NCBI RefSeq assembly: GCF_003704095.1
Contig: NW_020847478.1
Location: forward strand, 1 to 64,000
Direction: 5' to 3'
DNA: 64,000 nucleotides
DNA from: Pocillopora damicornis
Taxonomy: Eukaryota
Both the position numbers and the translations under genes were made by a program. The notes beneath the pieces were generated by a model that had not been told where the DNA came from, ran no database searches, and saw only the letters and a list, made by a program, of their open reading frames with translations. This document shows, in pieces, positions 24,653-38,056 of this stretch; the first letter of the stretch is position 1; each line of letters begins with the position of its first letter.

Positions 24653-26659
24653 AAAAGTACCAGTCCTATTTCTTATGATTATTACAATATTATCCTTTTC
24701 TGTTATTACTCTTACGAAAGTGTAACAATGGAAATGGATCAATATAGCGTGATGTCCAGGTAACTCCCTTTCGAACTGGGTATCCCCTAAACCGGAGAGA
24801 ACATCAGCAAATTTACCATCCATATATTTGAAATTAACTTTGAACGGGTTGTCCAATAGATGATATTGCGAAGGCTCGTTTTCAAGATAATTTTTCTTTC
24901 ACTTCGGCGTTTCTCTATCTTCGACTACTGACGAGCTGGGATTAGCAGAGAGAAATGTTATGCTATCCTATCATTTAAGAAAAACACAGCTGTAAGAATA
25001 GCTTGCTCTATTACCACCAACTTAAAGCCGAGATGCAGGTATTCATATACTGTGCGAGCATTATAGTGAATGTAGTTTGACTGAAAGCATGGTTTAGCTT
25101 TACTTTAAAGCGTCACTTGTAAAATCAGTGGTCGGTTTTCATCTTTTAAGACTAGCACTTTCCTGCACAAACCATTAAGTTAAATATATCTCAGATGTAA
25201 CTGTACTCATTCATGTCTGAACAGAAAAAAAGCTTATTTGGTTTACATTCCAACGAATGCAGTAACACTGAAACCCCAGCCACTCCACTACGGTAAAATT
25301 TTGTATTTTTTTCGGCAGTTACTGACTGATTATTGCAGAGTCAGTAAGAATTTTAAATGCACGAGATTTAAACTGCATAAATTCCATGTTGCCATACTTG
25401 ATACTGTAACATTTACAGGTGATTGCTCACCGATTGAAAACAGCGGTCCCAAAGAAAGTGTAGGAAGGGCAAAGCTACCTGTTCTAATGATTGTGATAGC
25501 GTTAGTTATGGCTCCGACGTAGTCCAAATCACAGAAAGATGGCAAAGGCCAGATAGAAGAGGAACTGTGAAAAATTCTGTGAGCATCAGTTTAGCGTCCA
25601 TGGGGAGAGATGAGAATGTGGATTAACTGAATGTTAAGGGTTCCACGGATGACACTATTTACAAAAAACTGGAGCAGTTTATAGTCTCGACCACGTAGAG
25701 CCAAAACGAATACATTCTCCAAGACCAAAGTCAACCTAAGTGCAGCCCGCGAGCTGGAAGAGGAAAACCAAGACGATAGCGGAATCCCTTCATGTTCCAA
25801 ATGACCCTCGAATAGGTCCACGTAAGTGCCAAAAAACTAAACGAAATTTTTGTTTTTCGGTTATTAACCTTTGTAACCTCCATTAGTACTGACGAGAATT
25901 CTCCACTAATTAGCTGTGCTGTGACTTATGCAGGCTAGCTAACTTATTAGTGCCTCCTTTACTTTGAACAGTCCTTCTTAAAAGTATTCTTAAGAAAACA
26001 GGGACACTGAGTTGTTGCCTTTCCGAATAGCATACACACGTCACATAGGAAGAGAATTGTTACATACTAATGATAGCGCCCACTGAACAAATCAATTTCT
26101 TTCTTGCATTTGGAAACCAGTAGGTTGACTGACGTCGAAATAGAATCGCTAGTGCTGTTACAACAAAAGAAACAAAACAAAAAAAAAGGCGGCGATGATG
26201 AGCTCGAAGTTGGCTCCGGCAATGATATCTACGATCCCTACAGCAATTAAGACGACTCTGAGAAAGCTCGGGAAGGTAAAGTAAGATTAGAAAAGTACGA
26301 AAAAAAAAGCAAACAAAAATGAAAAGTAAAGGCAACAGACTACAGTTTAGACGATGAATTTTGAGAGGTTGGAAAAAAGTTATGGGAGACCACAAGTTTA
26401 GTTTCCTCTCAACTGCCCAGAGCCGATCAGAATTGCGATTTTAAAAGAAACAGACGGTTTTGAAACACCTTACGTGTATCATTTTAAGAAGAGGTTTTGT
26501 ATAAATGTTTTATAATAGGTAGACGTTCATATAAGATATTTCTAAAATACAGTTTCGCACGAAGCATAATATATTTTCCCATAATGATAGAGAAAATGGC
26601 TGCAAATACAAGTATCAAGATTTTTTTTGCTTATGATTGGTGTTTCGTTTGTCTTTTTA

Positions 26660-27548
26660 GGCTTCAAGATAAGTGGGCAACCTGTTTTTAAAGTTTCTCA
26701 GAGGGTTCTTTCAACAAAAGAGGTCATAGATATCTGCATCGCAGGTAATTTTGATGCCAAGAAAGTTTGCAGTAGGGTGCCAGACGGAGTTACCGAGTCG
26801 ATCTAAACATCGTTGGTGAAGGAGATTTGACGACGGATGGTAACGGAGTATACGCACGTCACTCTTGCCGGAGTACAGGGCCACAAAAAGCAGCCGATTT
26901 TACCAAATTAGTTACTCAACTGCAAAATTCTGACTTTGCCTAAGATGTTTCATTTGGTCTTCGCCACGGAAAAGATACCTCCCCATACACATTCGCAGCA
27001 AAATATTTGCATATCGAATAGTTAAAATTTTTTTTCAGGAAGCAGTCCCAAATCTCAATGCGGTATCGATACGACTTGCAACTGTGGACCTTTGTATTTG
27101 GTAACTTTAACTTTCCCACATCGAATGTTTGTTTATGGCAATGAAACTGACAGAGAAACTTCTCTAGAAACAGTCTTTGAGAAGGTCTTTCCAATTCATG
27201 GAACTTCTTCAAGTGACACTAGTATCGATCTCCGATGTTTTGACCATGTCAAAACAAACATATTAAAGAAGTCAACAGAACTGAAGGTACCGTCACCAAA
27301 GCATACGTAAATAGCTCGCGAGCTTCTAGGCCCTGAGCATGATGGAAGAAGGATTATGGGTCTTGTAGATTACACCTCTGAAGAGCGGTTTGACATAGGG
27401 CTGAAGGTTACTGAGCGCCAATGGCCCGCAGTGGCATTTACCAAGTAGCTTCACTCAAGTGAAGGCCGTCTTCGACCTTTATCTGAGAGTGTGACAAAAA
27501 ACGTATTGGCTTTGCTGCTGGCCTTGGAAACCCGCCGACCGCTCTAAG
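26660..27548 (+). mobile_element. Mutator-like (MULE) DDE transposase remnant
   Basis: CGIDTTCNCGPLYLVTLTFPH (first Asp), ETDRETSLETVFEKVFP..LRCFDHV (second Asp, CxxH), GLVDYTSEERFD..W, AGLGNPP. Internally deleted, with stops. Confidence 0.7.
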
Positions 27549-28561
27549 GAATAAAACAATACGTCAAATTCTCAATGAAAATAACTCACCTTACTTTCAC
27601 AGCGTATCACTTGTTATCTGACCATTTACTTTGATGAAAAGTACCCACTACATAAGAAAAGCCAAAGCCTGAACACTCCATTTCCGAACGCCCAATCCGA
27701 GGAGAGAAAAATGCCAGTGCAAAATCGTGTCTCTAAAACGTAGTTACATGTCCAGATCATTTGCGACGCATCTCTTATATTTGGCTTGACCTCGATGTTT
27801 TCGAAATAGGGTTTCCACTTTAATTTTTCTTACAGATTGGTAATTTAAGATATTTCATCTTCCATTCTGTTTCCCAGGTTTNNNNNNNNNNNNNNNNNNN
27901 NNNNNNNNNNNNNNNNNNNNNNNNNNNNNNNNNNNNNNNNNNNNNNNNNNNNNNNNNNNNNNNNNNNNNNNNNNNNNNNNNTTTTTTTCTGAGTAATCTT
28001 TGTACTTTGTCTCTCCTGAAAATTTTTGACCAGAAGGTAAACAAAATTAAATTGTTTCAGAATAAAATATGATTATTCTTTAATTCTAGGAACATTTTAC
28101 CTGTCCCTTGTTAACCAGCAGATAAACAGAATTAGTACAAAGAGACTAAATATAAATTGTGGATATTATCTTGTTCTTTAAATAATGAATTTTTTTAAAC
28201 TTCTTTACTTCTTTACAATCCAGTGGGCGAGATCTTTGAATTCAGCGTGTGATCAAAGTGTAACCTTTTCTTACAACCCAACAACATTATCCAAAACACT
28301 TGTGAAGTGGACAATTTAGCTCATTTAGAAGGAAACCCGGCCTTAAAAAAAGAGAGATTTATACGAATCAAATCATTCACGCAGTCAGTCTTCTTCAACA
28401 CAAATAGCTGCAATTCAGCTATGAATCCCACATACTTGTAAAAGTTGTCTGATGTAAAGCAAGTCTAGCATCACTTTCCATTAATTATCGCTTGAGAGAG
28501 CCTATGAAAAGCTTTGCTAATTTTATTGCTGGGCTCCCTGAAAGTCATCAATTCGCTAATA

Positions 28562-31500
28562 TTAGTTTTCCGCATTTTTCCTTATGTAGGGTCTTAGTTT
28601 TTGTGCTATATCATTTCTTCCGATCTCTTTCAGCATCCTTACAAGACAACGAATAGGATAGCTGGGGTACAAAGTTTGCAGCTGGTTCATCAGCCTCTTG
28701 GAGGGGCTTCCACCTTCACTTTTAAACTCATTTTTCAAGGATTTTCGTACTTCCGGGGAAATTAGTTTGTATTTAGCAGCCAAGCGCTCGTAGTCTTGCC
28801 GGAAACCTGATTTTCCGTTATCAAGCCGGGTGCAAACCCAATCCAACAAATCCAAGTTGTTTTCTTCCAGCTCCTCCAAGGTTACATCGTCTACAAAGAA
28901 ATACAAAATTCATCAATCTGATGAAAGCTTTACACAATTGTAATTCAAGATCATGTTCACAAGCTAATGCATGTAACGAGGAGTAGTGTTTGGAACGGGC
29001 CAAAGCAAAGAACGAAAAATGATAGAAACAATATTAGATTCGTGAAAAAAAATATATAAATCTAAGTAGTTTATTCAGTCAGTTTTGGTCGATATAGGAG
29101 CTCACCGGGCCTGAGTTCCTCTTGTGATGAAGCTGGCTTCACTTCGATTTGCGCCGGTGGAAACTCGACTGAATTCTCCGATTTTCCCCACCTGAGGAAA
29201 CAAGGCCTGCAGAACCATCCATGACGAGCCATTACCACTGTTAGTGCAAACAGGAATGTAATTCCAAGCGCTACGCCTACTCCGGAAAGAATAAGGAGCA
29301 CTTCATTTCCACTCCCCTCTTTCGGAGACTTTGTCGATTTGGTGGTGGTTATGGATTGGTCGATCCTAGATCTAGGAAATTCGACTGAGTAAGTGGAAAA
29401 TGCTGGCGATGTAACCTTTTCTCCTTCCTTGGTTGGAAAGGGTGTCGGTGTACCTCTTTGCAATGACATCTGTGTGGGAGCCCAGGGAATCCACTTGGCA
29501 GTTGTGGCCGGGGTATTTGTGCTGCGCACATAACTACAGGGCGACGAACGCATTTTGCACTTCTTCAGATAATTTCCGCTGCACTCTTTTGGAAGCTCAT
29601 CTTTACCATCATGGCAACAATCCGAGCAAGGCCAACAGGCAAAACTAAACGGAAAAGAATAAAAGCCTTTCTGGCACTCTGTGCTGCACCGAGTGTTCGA
29701 GACCAGGGTGCAGTTCTTGACCAGTGCTTTCCCTGTAGAGCATATTGTGCATGCTTTGCACTGCGCTTTGTCATATTTTTCTGAGTATGTTTTACCCAGT
29801 TGGCACGAAACGCAATGAATGGGTGTCCCGTATTTCACTGATGTACCACATGGCACAGAAATCTCTGATCCCACGGGACAGTCAGGACAATCTACGCATT
29901 TGTATTTTTTCTGAGTTGTGCCATTCCAGTGTATCTGTTCTGATTTGCACGGAAAGTCTCCTCCGACACGGCAGATCTATACGAGACAATGAGAAAAAAC
30001 ATATTTATATGGATAAATCAATTGCAGTTATCGTTTTTAAAGTAGATTCCGAATGACTCAAATCGTATCCATCAGGGAAGAGCTGAAATCGTATTCATAT
30101 TGTGAAACTGCTGTAATCCAGCTGAATGTAACTGAATGTATTCAAGAAATAATCAACCGATTGTCATAGAATTCTATGAAGCAAACCTGGCGGTATAAGT
30201 GAGTTCAGGCCACATTGCACTCATTCGTTTGTTTTGTAGCTTACTCTTTGGGTGAGTTTTTTCATCCCTCTTTTGTCCCTTCAAAATATACTTCGAACGC
30301 GACTCGTTCACAAAGTTAAATCACCTCTCCATTCTTTCCTGGGAACGATTGCGTGATTTAAAATTCACTTGTGGGAGCTAAAACGGCGTTCACATCGGGT
30401 CAGCAAAACCATCCTGAGATGGCTATCATGTTGCAAAACAATGTGTACATGCCATATCGTGGAGACCTCGATGATGAAACAAAAGGTGAGCATGCTGATT
30501 TCATTCATGTTCGTAGCGTCAAGAGCTGGTCGTTGAGAATCAGGTTTGGCACACTTCCCATCCAAAATTACTCACCCATATATGGGGTAATTTAGTTAGC
30601 CCTTTGTCAGAGCGATTGACGAAAAGATAACGCTCGAAACCTCAGCTTTTAAACTCTTTACGGTGGCCAATTTACGTTATCGACTCAGTTGATAATACTA
30701 AATTACCCCGTCATGCTCTCCCACCGACGCAGCACCACAGTTTCTATAGAAACTTACCCCTTCACCCATATATGACTTGAAAATACGGTATCTTTCATTA
30801 AAGATCTATGCTAGGTCGACATGCTTTAATTTTGTATTTTTTGTTAGCTTCATTGGCAACCTAAGTTTAGACGACTCAACAATCGCCGACACTTAACTAA
30901 AACAGTCGTGCGCCCAAGTCCAATTTTGTTACATGTTACGATACAAACCTTATGCTATCAGTTTCAACCATAAAAGGATAGGTTTGTGAAGTCGCAGTTA
31001 AGCTTAAGTCTCGTGACTACCTTGTGACAGGATATGCATATGACATCAACATTGCTATGAACTGATGTCATCATCAAGGGTGTTTTAAGATTTACTAGTC
31101 TTACAAAGAATGATCGCTGATACATATGTTGACTGTATGATTGAGAAATATAAATATTTTTAATTTTGGGTCATAAATGATTTACAGTATATTTCAATTG
31201 CGTGGTGTGATGCTGTCTAGTCAGTTTTTACAATAAACGAAAGTGAATGGACTTCCTGAAGATAGATAATCAAGCCAATTACACCTTTTACCTGTGCACT
31301 TTCTTCTAACAAAGTGAACTGTAAACCATACAATCTAAATTTCGACGTCATTTTTCTAGTTGGATAAGTCATGATTGAGTTCTAGACAACCACGGACAAA
31401 TGATTCGGTCGCTGTTTACAGGAATGTCGCGAATCATGAACCTTTGAGGTCGTATATCAAAATTGAGAATAGCGTGAGTCATCACTCTTCTGAAACTAAC

Positions 31501-31727
31501 ACGTAAGCACATTTAACTTCACCATTTACCACTTTTCGAAAAAACGAATATCATTTCATTAACGTAACCAAATTAGAGAAAAATAACTATACGAACACTG
31601 GAAAGTCAGAACGTGCATTGATCATGCTAAGTTAAAAGGTTTCCCTTACCAGCGTTCCGAAGATGAAAACAATCAAGAACCGTTTTGTCTTCGCATCGTT
31701 GTAACCAAACCACGATCTCCTCGACAT
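28562..31727 (-). CDS. G4: TNFR-superfamily death receptor. Exons (minus) 31727..31650, 29976..29106, 28890..28562
   Basis: Exon 1 MSRRSWFGYNDAKTKRFLIVFIFGTL|gtaagg. Exon 2 ICRVGGDFPC..CVDCPDCPVGSEISVPCG..CWPCSDCCHDG..; TM VLLILSGVGVALGITFLFALTVVMA; donor G|GTGAG. DD exon DDVTLEELEEN..VCTRLD..DYERLAAKY..GSPSKRLMNQL..IGRNDIAQKL. Phases 0 and 1. Confidence 0.87.
30585..30761 (+). mobile_element. Short Penelope-like-derived insertion with 13-bp target-site duplication, in intron 1 of G4
   Basis: TCACCCATATATG flanks both sides (30572..30584 and 30762..30774). The internal ..taacgctcgaaacctcagctttt..tacggtggccaatttacgttatc..cccaccgacgcagcaccacagtttc resembles a common anthozoan repeat (family from recall). 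Confidence 0.7.
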
Positions 31728-31914
31728 CGCGTTGAAGAAGCGTGAAACGTGATTTCCTTTCTCCTTTCTCAAACTCAAGCTGACTTCCACCGAGAAAAAA
31801 AGGTAAAAATCCTTTCCTGTTTGAACGACTACCACTCTATGATAAAACTACGCGACATAAAAATGACGCACGTTAAAACCACACCAGACGTTCAGCGTTT
31901 TCGGAGCATTATTT

Positions 31915-31925
31915 GGGGATTCCCC
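31915..31925 (-). promoter_or_regulatory. NF-kB (p50-type) site GGGGAATCCCC ~190 bp upstream of the G4 ATG
   Basis: The plus strand reads GGGGATTCCCC. An identical 11-mer lies upstream of G6. Confidence 0.6.
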
Positions 31926-31929
31926 TATT

Positions 31930-33360
31930 TAACAGCTATGTGACCTCAACACTCCAGGTGGTATATTAAGGTACGTTGTTTGAACCGGTTTGACCATATG
32001 AATTTCGTGCAAAGCCTCAGGAAGCAATGTGAAGTATGCAAACGATGTAGATATGTGGTTAGTTTTACAGTTTGCAGGAAGCTACTAATTAACCTCTACA
32101 CGTTATACCGTCTGACATTTTAATAACCTATCGCCATAATTAACTTAAGGATTTCAGTAAATTAGTTTGCTTTAAGCCTTGTCTTAAAAGAACAAAAGAT
32201 GATTTTCTTTCAATCTGTTTCGGACAGGGAATGGGAGCCTGTGGTTATTTTCAAATGCATCAGTTTCGTCGCTGATGAGCTGGGGACGCCCGGAAAACAA
32301 TGTTTTATCAGGTTTAACCATAAGGCTCCGGTTTTCGAAAGGTAGATAACGCTACAAATAACTGTCTATCCTGTGAGTAGCGCAGTAAGTGTTGCTGACA
32401 TTTATCCGCTGCATAGCCACTAAATAGCGTTATCCGCTCGGACCCTGATAGAATTCAAGGGTCACGCAAATGAATCAGCGGACACGAGCAACAAGGACAT
32501 ACGTTGCTTTTACTCGCACAAGCCACTGCTTCAAAGAGGCCTTAGACGTAGCAAAGACAACAGACACCTTAATAGGGCGAAAAAGGAAGTCAGTTTTATT
32601 TAAAACACATTGCAAAACATTTTATCAACAAAGAACCGCCCCTGTGTAAATTGTCCCGANNNNNNNNNNNNNNNNNNNNNNNNNNNNNNNNNNNNNNNNN
32701 NNNNNNNNNNNNNNNNNNNNNNNNNNNNNNNNNNNNNNNNNNNNNNNNNNNNNNNNNNNGAAGATAAAAATCGGCCGATTTTAATTTTTAGCCAGAAATC
32801 ATCGGTCGTTTCTCAGGCGCAGGGCCTCTCAACAGCTATGTGACCCAAACACTCAAGATGATATATTTAGGTACGTTGATTGAACCGGTTGTTGACCATA
32901 TGTCTTTCGTGCAAAGCCTCAAGAAGCAATGTGAAGTATGGAAATGACGTAGATGTGGTTAGTTTTACAGTTTACAAAAAGCTACTAATTAACCCCAACA
33001 CGTTATACCATCTGACATTTTAATAACCTATCGCCATAGGTAGGTAACGCTATGAATAATTGTCCATCCTGTGAGTAGCGCAGTACGTGTTGCTGACATT
33101 TATCCGCTGCATAGCCACTAGATAGCGATATCCGCTCGAACTCTGATATAAATCGAGTGTCACACATATGAGTCAGCAGACACAAACAACAAGCCCATAC
33201 GTTGCTTTTACTCGCACGTGCCATTGCTTCAAAAAGGCCTTAGACGTAGCAAAGACAACAGACATATTAATAGGGCGAAAAAGGAAGTCAGTTTTATTTA
33301 CAAAACATTGCAAAACATTACATCAACAAAGAACCGTTCCTGTGTAATCTGTCCCGATGG
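31930..33360 (+). repeat. Diverged direct tandem duplication (~31930..32659 and ~32830..33360) spanning a 100-N gap
   Basis: aacagctatgtgacc..ggtacgttg..tgaaccggtt..gcaaagacaacagaca..aagaaccg..tgtcccga occurs twice. Copy 2 lacks ~200 bp. Confidence 0.8.
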
Positions 33361-34551
33361 AAAACCTACAAAGCTACATGCAACACAACTCATCTCGCAA
33401 CGGTAACAGTGACGCTCAATCTAGTTTCGTGTCATGAGCTTTAGCCGCCTTAGAATTGTAAAAGTGAGAAATGTATGTGGTCGTGACCCGTTCCTAATTG
33501 ATCTCGCTCATATTACAAATTCCGCCTTTCTTCAATACGAACCTTATGTGTCTAAAAATTTCACTTATTTATGAATGTATTCTTTCAAAAGTTCAACGAC
33601 ATCGTTCCTCAGTATATTCAGTGAAAGGGACTTCAAATCTTTTAAGGAAACCAGAACTACAAAAAGAAAAGGAAAATTACTGATATTTATGTTGTTAGAC
33701 TGGAAAAGAACGCTACGTTGAAAACATTAAGCTGGTAAACGGAGGAGAAACTGGTCACGGAGAAACGTCACGGTCTGAGTATCTGAGTTCTAATCCTACT
33801 TTGTACTGTCCTCTATTTTGTTCCCTTTGTGTTTATTCGAACTTGTTTATTTACTTATTTGAAGCAACTTTTTCTTTCAATAATTAATTTTGAGAACCAA
33901 ACCTATCACGAAAATATTACGCTGTTAGCATTTCATAAATAAACGAAATGAAACCTGTTTTGTCAAGTCTTACATAAGGTACATGTTCACCACTCCTCGC
34001 TTTTAGAAATCTTTGTCATTATCTGTGTCTTAAACATGAAACAGCTGTTCCTATAGATTGATATTAAGGGTCTCCCTTGGGATCTGCGACTTTAAGCAAA
34101 CTACGACAGCGACTGCACCAAGGACGAGTCAAAGCTGAGAACGTGAGCCTTGACAAAAAATTATTTAAATTTCCATTTGGAACTCAGCACTGTTCACATA
34201 CGTTATACTTAAGTTGAGGCGTAGCGCCGAAAGAGATAGTTAACGCATGTAGCCATTCGCGAAACTCTAGTTAAAAATAGAAATAATTTTTTTAATCGCC
34301 GTCTTCTCCTGTGTTTTTGTCCTGATTGGTTGGTCCTTTAAGAAAGTGTCTCAACGACTGAGTAATTTGCTGTCATTCGACTGTGTTCAAAATAGTGCAA
34401 ATGCACCTATCTCCTATCTCTAATGGCACAACATCCAACGGAGTACTCTCTGTTAGTTTGCCGAGTTCAGCGTCTGTACACTTCAGGATAGGACCACACC
34501 TCGTCCTTACAAAGAAGCGTGCAAGTTTGTTTCGCTTAAGAACAATTACAA

Positions 34552-35747
34552 TTATTGCAATGAAAATAATGGAAATCCCACACATAGGAGAAACGACAAT
34601 AACAGTGCCATTATTATTGTCGACGCTTCTCTCGAAAAAAGTCCCTTTGATTTACTGCCGTGAAATCCTTCTGAAGCTGAACTAGTTCCATGCTGAGAGG
34701 TAGGTAACGTTTCATTAGAGGAAAATGTCGCGTTTGTGGTTATGACAGTGGTTCTTGCGGACGGCTCCAGTGTTCTTGATGAAGCAGCTGAAGTAGCTTC
34801 CTCTGATTTTCCCTTTCGGATTGTTCCTTTCTTCGCCGTATGATTTGCTCCTAAAAATGACGTGCTCGATGTGATCTTCGAAGTCGTCCGCAACAGTTGA
34901 CAGCTAGGCGCGGCTCTGAGTTTGCAATGTTGTTGACTTGGAAGCCCTTGATCTGTGCACTGCTTTTCTAACTTATCTTTACTGTCCCCACAGCAGACAG
35001 AACACGGGAGGCAATCGGAAAGCAGGTTAATGGTGACAACTTTCTGGTAATAGCCGTACTTACAAGAGCCACATTGAGTGTTCTTCGTCGCAGAACAATT
35101 CCTTGTCACTGTACGTCCGACAGAGCATAGAGAGCATGGCTTACAGGGTCCTTTTCCATAATTGTCCGAATAGGTTCCTTGCCTGCATGCCTCGCAATGT
35201 AAGTGTGTTCCATATTTGGCGGTCCCTCCGCAAGGAATCGACGGTTCAGTTCCGTCCGGGCAGTCGATACACGTTATACACGTGTTTTTCTTTCCTGGCT
35301 TATCGCTACGCCAGGTGATCTCATCACCTTTGCAACCCAAGCAATCTCTTCCTTGTGCTTGGAGCTGAAAAAGAAGGAACCTTCATTTTGTTATTGGGAC
35401 AGTATCTTCCCCCTCTGTTACCGCCAGATAAGCGTTTTTTCCTTACCCTATAGTAATCAGCTTGTATACAGTTAGCATCTTAAAGGGAAAAATAGGGGGA
35501 AAGAGAAGTTGATGTCATATGCTCAATACTACCGGTGTATGTCATGAATTTACTTCACATGTCATAGGTAGCAATATCAAGAAATAATGATTTCCGACGT
35601 TCTCTGCTGATTGTAAAACAAACTATCTGAATTAAACAATATACATTTAATCCATCGCTTGAATTTTGCCCGCCTGAAATAAACAGAATGTGAACTTACC
35701 ACAACTGCAATAATCATAGTCTTCGTTAACATTCCAACGGAGCACAT
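34552..35747 (-). CDS. G3': inverted paralog of G3. Intact ectodomain, frameshifted before the TM into a tail-less hydrophobic C-terminus (candidate GPI-anchored decoy, or pseudogene). Exons 35747..35700, 35364..34552
   Basis: Exon 1 MCSVGMLTKTMIIAVV|gtaagt; ectodomain cysteines retained. A 1-bp deletion near 34642 (GGGA-CTTTTTT vs GGGATCTTTTTC in G3) gives ..SKGLFSREASTIIMALLLSFLLCVGFPLFSLQ*. The donor equivalent is mutated (GATAGG vs GGTAGG). Confidence 0.65.
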
Positions 35748-38056
35748 GGTTCAGGAGCACGTCTCCAGTCCACTCGACTTGGTCAGGCAAGGTTTTCGAG
35801 ATATTGTGTCCGAAATGGCAAACTCTATTCAAGTAAAGCAATTTGCATGGTCACAAAGCTTGAGATATGAAAAGGTACTTTATAACGAGACTGGTCACAG
35901 CATGCCGGTTTCAAATCGTTTAACGATCAAGAGATTTTTGAAAGAACAGTAACACTGTACTTACGGTTTAGTCTTTATTTAATTTCTTGTCGAGTCCTGC
36001 TGAACAAGTTGAGACTTTTGATACATAAATAATGTCTTGTAATGAAAAGAATCGGTAGATGCTCATTCGTTCCGCTCAGTAACGAGATGTTTAAAAATAT
36101 GCTGACAAGCAAAATGCCTACCGGTTGGTACTAGATTAGAGCATGTGGGAAATCTTATACTGCCAAAAAAAGGCAATTGACGTCATCCCAAAGACATCTC
36201 AACGGTAACAAGACACGGTGAAACAAAAAGGGTTGGGAGGTGGTATCAATCAATCGAAAGGAGAATCTCAGAATTTAGCACGAATTTGCAAGACTCCATT
36301 GAATGCGAATGCAATCACCCTCACCAACTCTCTTTTGACCCAGTTCTACTCTTTCTACCAGACCTTGCTTTACATCCTCCCTCAATTTCCAAGTTCTGAT
36401 CGAAACGCGTCCACACCATGGCTATACTAAATGTGAAGTCGATCTATTTACCTCAAAAATTACACCGCAAAAAATCCCTCGTTCGCCCACAATTTAGCCA
36501 AATAGTGAATGCCTGGGAAACGTCTTGTTCAAATTTCGTTTTCATTTTTACGGAGAACGCGCTGCATATTTGGTATTCATTATAGGAAAACATGACGTTC
36601 ATGGCAGGCGTTCCAGGGCCTGGAAAACTCATTGTACACTGTGTTTTGTTGACAGTTTTAAATCGGCTATCCAGCGGGGGTTATCACGGTGTCTGTTTAG
36701 TGTTTTCCTGAAGTGGTTAATGATATTCGACACTAGTTTTTCAGCATCAAGTATTTTTTCCCCTGATTTTCTAGTGTGCTGTAACACAGTATTTTCTATG
36801 TGTTGCCATGGGTCGGCTAACACCGGGAAAACGCGATATTCAACTTTGATTAAACATGCCAATGAAAATCCTGTTTTCCTGAGCATTTCCCTTGGTAACA
36901 AGTATGTGTGAATCCGTGTCCGAAAGCATTTTCGTATGAGAGGATAACTCACGTATAGCAGCGTTTGAAGTCATGTTTTCTTCAAACTTGGAATAAAGGG
37001 CTTTTTTGGATACGTTCAAATTCCTCTGTAATTAAGAGTTGAAAAATTTGCCCAAGCTTGGCCCTGGGCATGTGAAGAAATGAAGCAGGAAGTTGTGACA
37101 GCCCATGTCGTCTCTATGTCGAGACGGGAATTAGCACGTGTATGTTTATGCAAACAACTTATTGTAGTTCGAGATCGCCCAAATTTCGGGAAATTAATAC
37201 TGAAAAGTACAACGTGAACAAGGAGAGAACCCTGATATTGTAAAATTTTCTAACCTGTTGAGTTATAGAGAGGAAAGCTACACGATAGATTAGTCATGAA
37301 TGAGCATTTCAAGCGATTCCGACCTCAATAATACGAAAAACACTTGATCCACCCTGGTTTAATTGAGGTAATGTGCTTTTGGTGGAATTTTTCCTTTTCC
37401 TATGGGAACTTGTGGTGGGGATTAAGGACAACCGGAAAATCCACAAAAATCAAAACTCGAAAATTTCCCAGCTTCATGGATATCAACCGTAAATTCGCAG
37501 GATACTCAAACAATTCGCAGCGTTAAATCAAAGATTTAGTCGCAAAGGAAACAAAGTTTAAAAAGTACCCTCATAGTTTTTATTCATAATACCATCATTA
37601 AGTAGACATTAATCCTCATAATATAATACGAGGATTAGGGGAGATCAATCAAAATTAGTTTCGGTCAGACAACGCCTGGGTTCTATCTTTATCTCAGCGG
37701 CGGACAGAAATAAAAGACTTCGAAAAAAGAAAGTACACTTGCTTCGCAACTTCTCCAATCCTGTTTCAAATACGAAAATATGCCTCTTGCAGATACATGA
37801 CATAATACATGACAACGATGACGATTTCAAATGCAAAGACGAGAAACAGTGAACGTAAACGGAAATGTCATCCCAAGTAGAGAGGTCAAGCATACATCCT
37901 AATCCAGGCCAACATATAAAATTAAAATGGAATCGAATTAGGGAATTTCCTTTGCAGGCGACAAAGACAACGGTATACTGCAAGCTGAAAGTGAAAAGAA
38001 ATCCCCCGACCAAGACTAAAGAGAGGAGGAAAATCGTCGTGCAGAGAAGAGGGAGA

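Noticed and set aside
32272-32300. CTGATGAG-ctggggacgcccgg-AAAAC resembling a hammerhead ribozyme
   Set aside because: The CGAAA element is degenerate and no convincing stems I or III can be formed.
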